A stretch of 64,000 nucleotides of DNA from NCBI GenBank assembly GCA_010909165.1, contig MU008158.1:1761478-1825477 (forward strand), given 5' to 3'. Under the pieces are notes generated by a model that was not told the DNA's origin, ran no database searches, and saw only the letters and a program-made list of their open reading frames with translations. Positions 62,461 through 64,000 of the stretch are shown one piece after another. Source of the stretch: Anthoceros angustus (lineage: Eukaryota > Plantae > Anthocerotophyta). Numbering within the stretch: position 1 is the stretch's first letter; each line of letters begins with the position of its first letter. Position numbers and translations under genes: made by a program.

Positions 62461-62600
62461 GGCCTCCAAGGCTGGCCTTTAAGGCCAACCAACCAAGGGA
62501 GAAACAAGAGTATTTTACTCTTGGGCCTGATTCCAAGGGATAAGGGGAAGTATAGACATGGGTATGTCATCAGTCCATTTGATTTCACTTTCGTCCAAAA

Positions 62601-62661
62601 CTCCTAGTTAGCGACCCCATCCTGTATCGATCCACCCACGGGTGCTTAACTGGAGTTCTAT
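62601..62661 (-). other. 5S rRNA-derived segment (internal control region), Cassandra-like, probably inside a short LTR
   Basis: Reverse complement ATAGAACTCCAGTTAAGCACCCGTGGGTGGATCGATACAGGATGGGGTCGC aligns by eye with plant 5S ATCAGAACTCCGCAGTTAAGCGTGCTTGGGCGAGAGTAGTACTAGGATGGGTGACC. Confidence 0.7.
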
Positions 62662-62899
62662 GCCTTTGCTATCCAACTCACCCAGCTCACATTTTTGAAG
62701 ATATAGCAGAGTATTTGTATGATTTTAACATGCATAGATACTTAGAGGTTTCACTAATCACGATCTAAGATAGCGGGTGTTAACCTTGATTAAGGGTTTG
62801 ACTAACCGCCTGGAGTGCATGCTCGACACACTCGATCCGGACGGAGCTACCAACCAGAAGTCCATCGAGCGAATTCAAGTCCCGACCAAGAGGAGAAGT

Positions 62900-64000
62900 G
62901 CACCTCGATTTTGGTACCACAAGGACGCGGAGGAACCCAACACAATCAACAATCTTTGAAGGATCCGTGAGTGGCAACACACAAGACACGTTAGACAACT
63001 CAACAAGCGATAATGAGGAGGACTTGTCTCTTGAGTCGCCAAGATGGGAGGAGACAAGGATCGAATGGAGTTGTTCAGTGACGAGCGCACCTTTAACGGA
63101 GGACTTCATCGAGAAGTACGGCGGTGCGGAGATGGAATTGAAGACCGGATACACGAAGCATACGGCTTCATCCAAATGCCAAGTACTTGGGGATGAAGCA
63201 TTGGCGTTATCGCGAGCACAAGGCGAGGGTTGAGGCACATGGAGGACCAGGAGTAGTAGCTCAAGTTCAGGAACCAAGGAGCAGCGAGAAAGTGGGCACG
63301 ATCCCATCAAGAGATGTTTGACATCTTCCTACCGGAGTTTCGCAAGCACGGATGAGAAGATCTCCGGTGACACACTTCAAGATGAAGTCGAGACCGCTAA
63401 GATGGCTTATCAAGAATCGACTGGTACGTGACACCAAGATCATGAGTGACCGATCGCAGAGAAGTACTTGTGCATTGCCATATGCACTGCATGAAGGTGC
63501 AACAAGCGTGCACAAGACGAAGGCAACACTACACCTCAAGGAAGTGTACGAGATGGTCGACAAGATAGGGCCCGACACTTTCTCTCGTGTGCAAGTGATT
63601 AGACAAGTAGTGGTGGACATGACCGACGCGGAGGTCGAGTGGAGGAGCTCGGCGAGACAAGCCACCCCACCCCAAGTGACGAGCCCCGCGTGAGGTGCCG
63701 AGGGAGACCATTCCCTCATGAGTGCGAGCATGCATTCGGAGGAGTCAAGGGTGAGGAGCCATGCCCTAGGTGTGGAGGTACGGGCACAATGAAGCGGCAT
63801 GTTGGAGAAGCATCCGAATTGCGGCTCACGGGTTATCGAAAGCAACCCCGCCAATGCATCCGCCAACCTCATCCACAAAATCAAGAGCAAAGGCGCCTGG
63901 AGGAGGCAGCAAGTCCCGTGGACAAAAGAAACGGGAAGCATCAAAGAAGACGATGGACAGCTACGTGGCACGCCTTGCAAAAGCGGAGAAGTTGGCGCGA
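62900..64000 (+). mobile_element. Degenerate gag-like region of a further LTR element, runs off the window end
   Basis: Frameshifted fragments (FIEKYGG; SPVTHF..M..; ALP; LHLKEVYE) lie downstream of a putative LTR. Confidence 0.4.

Noticed and set aside
62096-62536. SR-rich or Leu-rich ORFs on both strands
   Set aside because: Products of a stop-free tandem repeat that is open in several frames.
62601-62661. Functional 5S rRNA gene
   Set aside because: Only about 60 of about 120 nt are present, diverged, and not in an array.

Overview
Eukaryotic nuclear DNA from a land plant. Compact GT-AG introns, PSA3, TOC64 and the ciliary gene UNC119 suggest a non-seed plant with flagellated sperm, such as a Selaginella-like lycophyte or a hornwort (inference). 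Bases 1-31.9 kb are gene-dense: GCS1 (partial), BLOS2, intronless TOC64, a decayed CRE-like non-LTR retrotransposon, intronless TAF7, a small 3-exon Cys-rich gene missing from the ORF track, DXO1, PSA3, an AT-rich island with UNC119 and a divergent uracil-DNA-glycosylase-fold gene, a SerRS pseudogene, an F-box gene and an alpha-SNAP pseudogene fragment. Bases 31.9-64 kb are a nest of indel-riddled LTR retrotransposons. Main finding: an Athila-like Ty3/gypsy element (about 38669-58783) whose LTR, bounded by PPT, TG..CA termini and PBS, is about 4.2 kb and contains a long sense-strand ORF behind a conserved splice-acceptor-like site. Other highlights are the UDG-like gene, a TOC64 that keeps the amidase catalytic serine, and a 5S-rRNA-derived segment near the window end. 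All homology calls come from motif recognition by eye. Many indels in the repeat half may be assembly errors.
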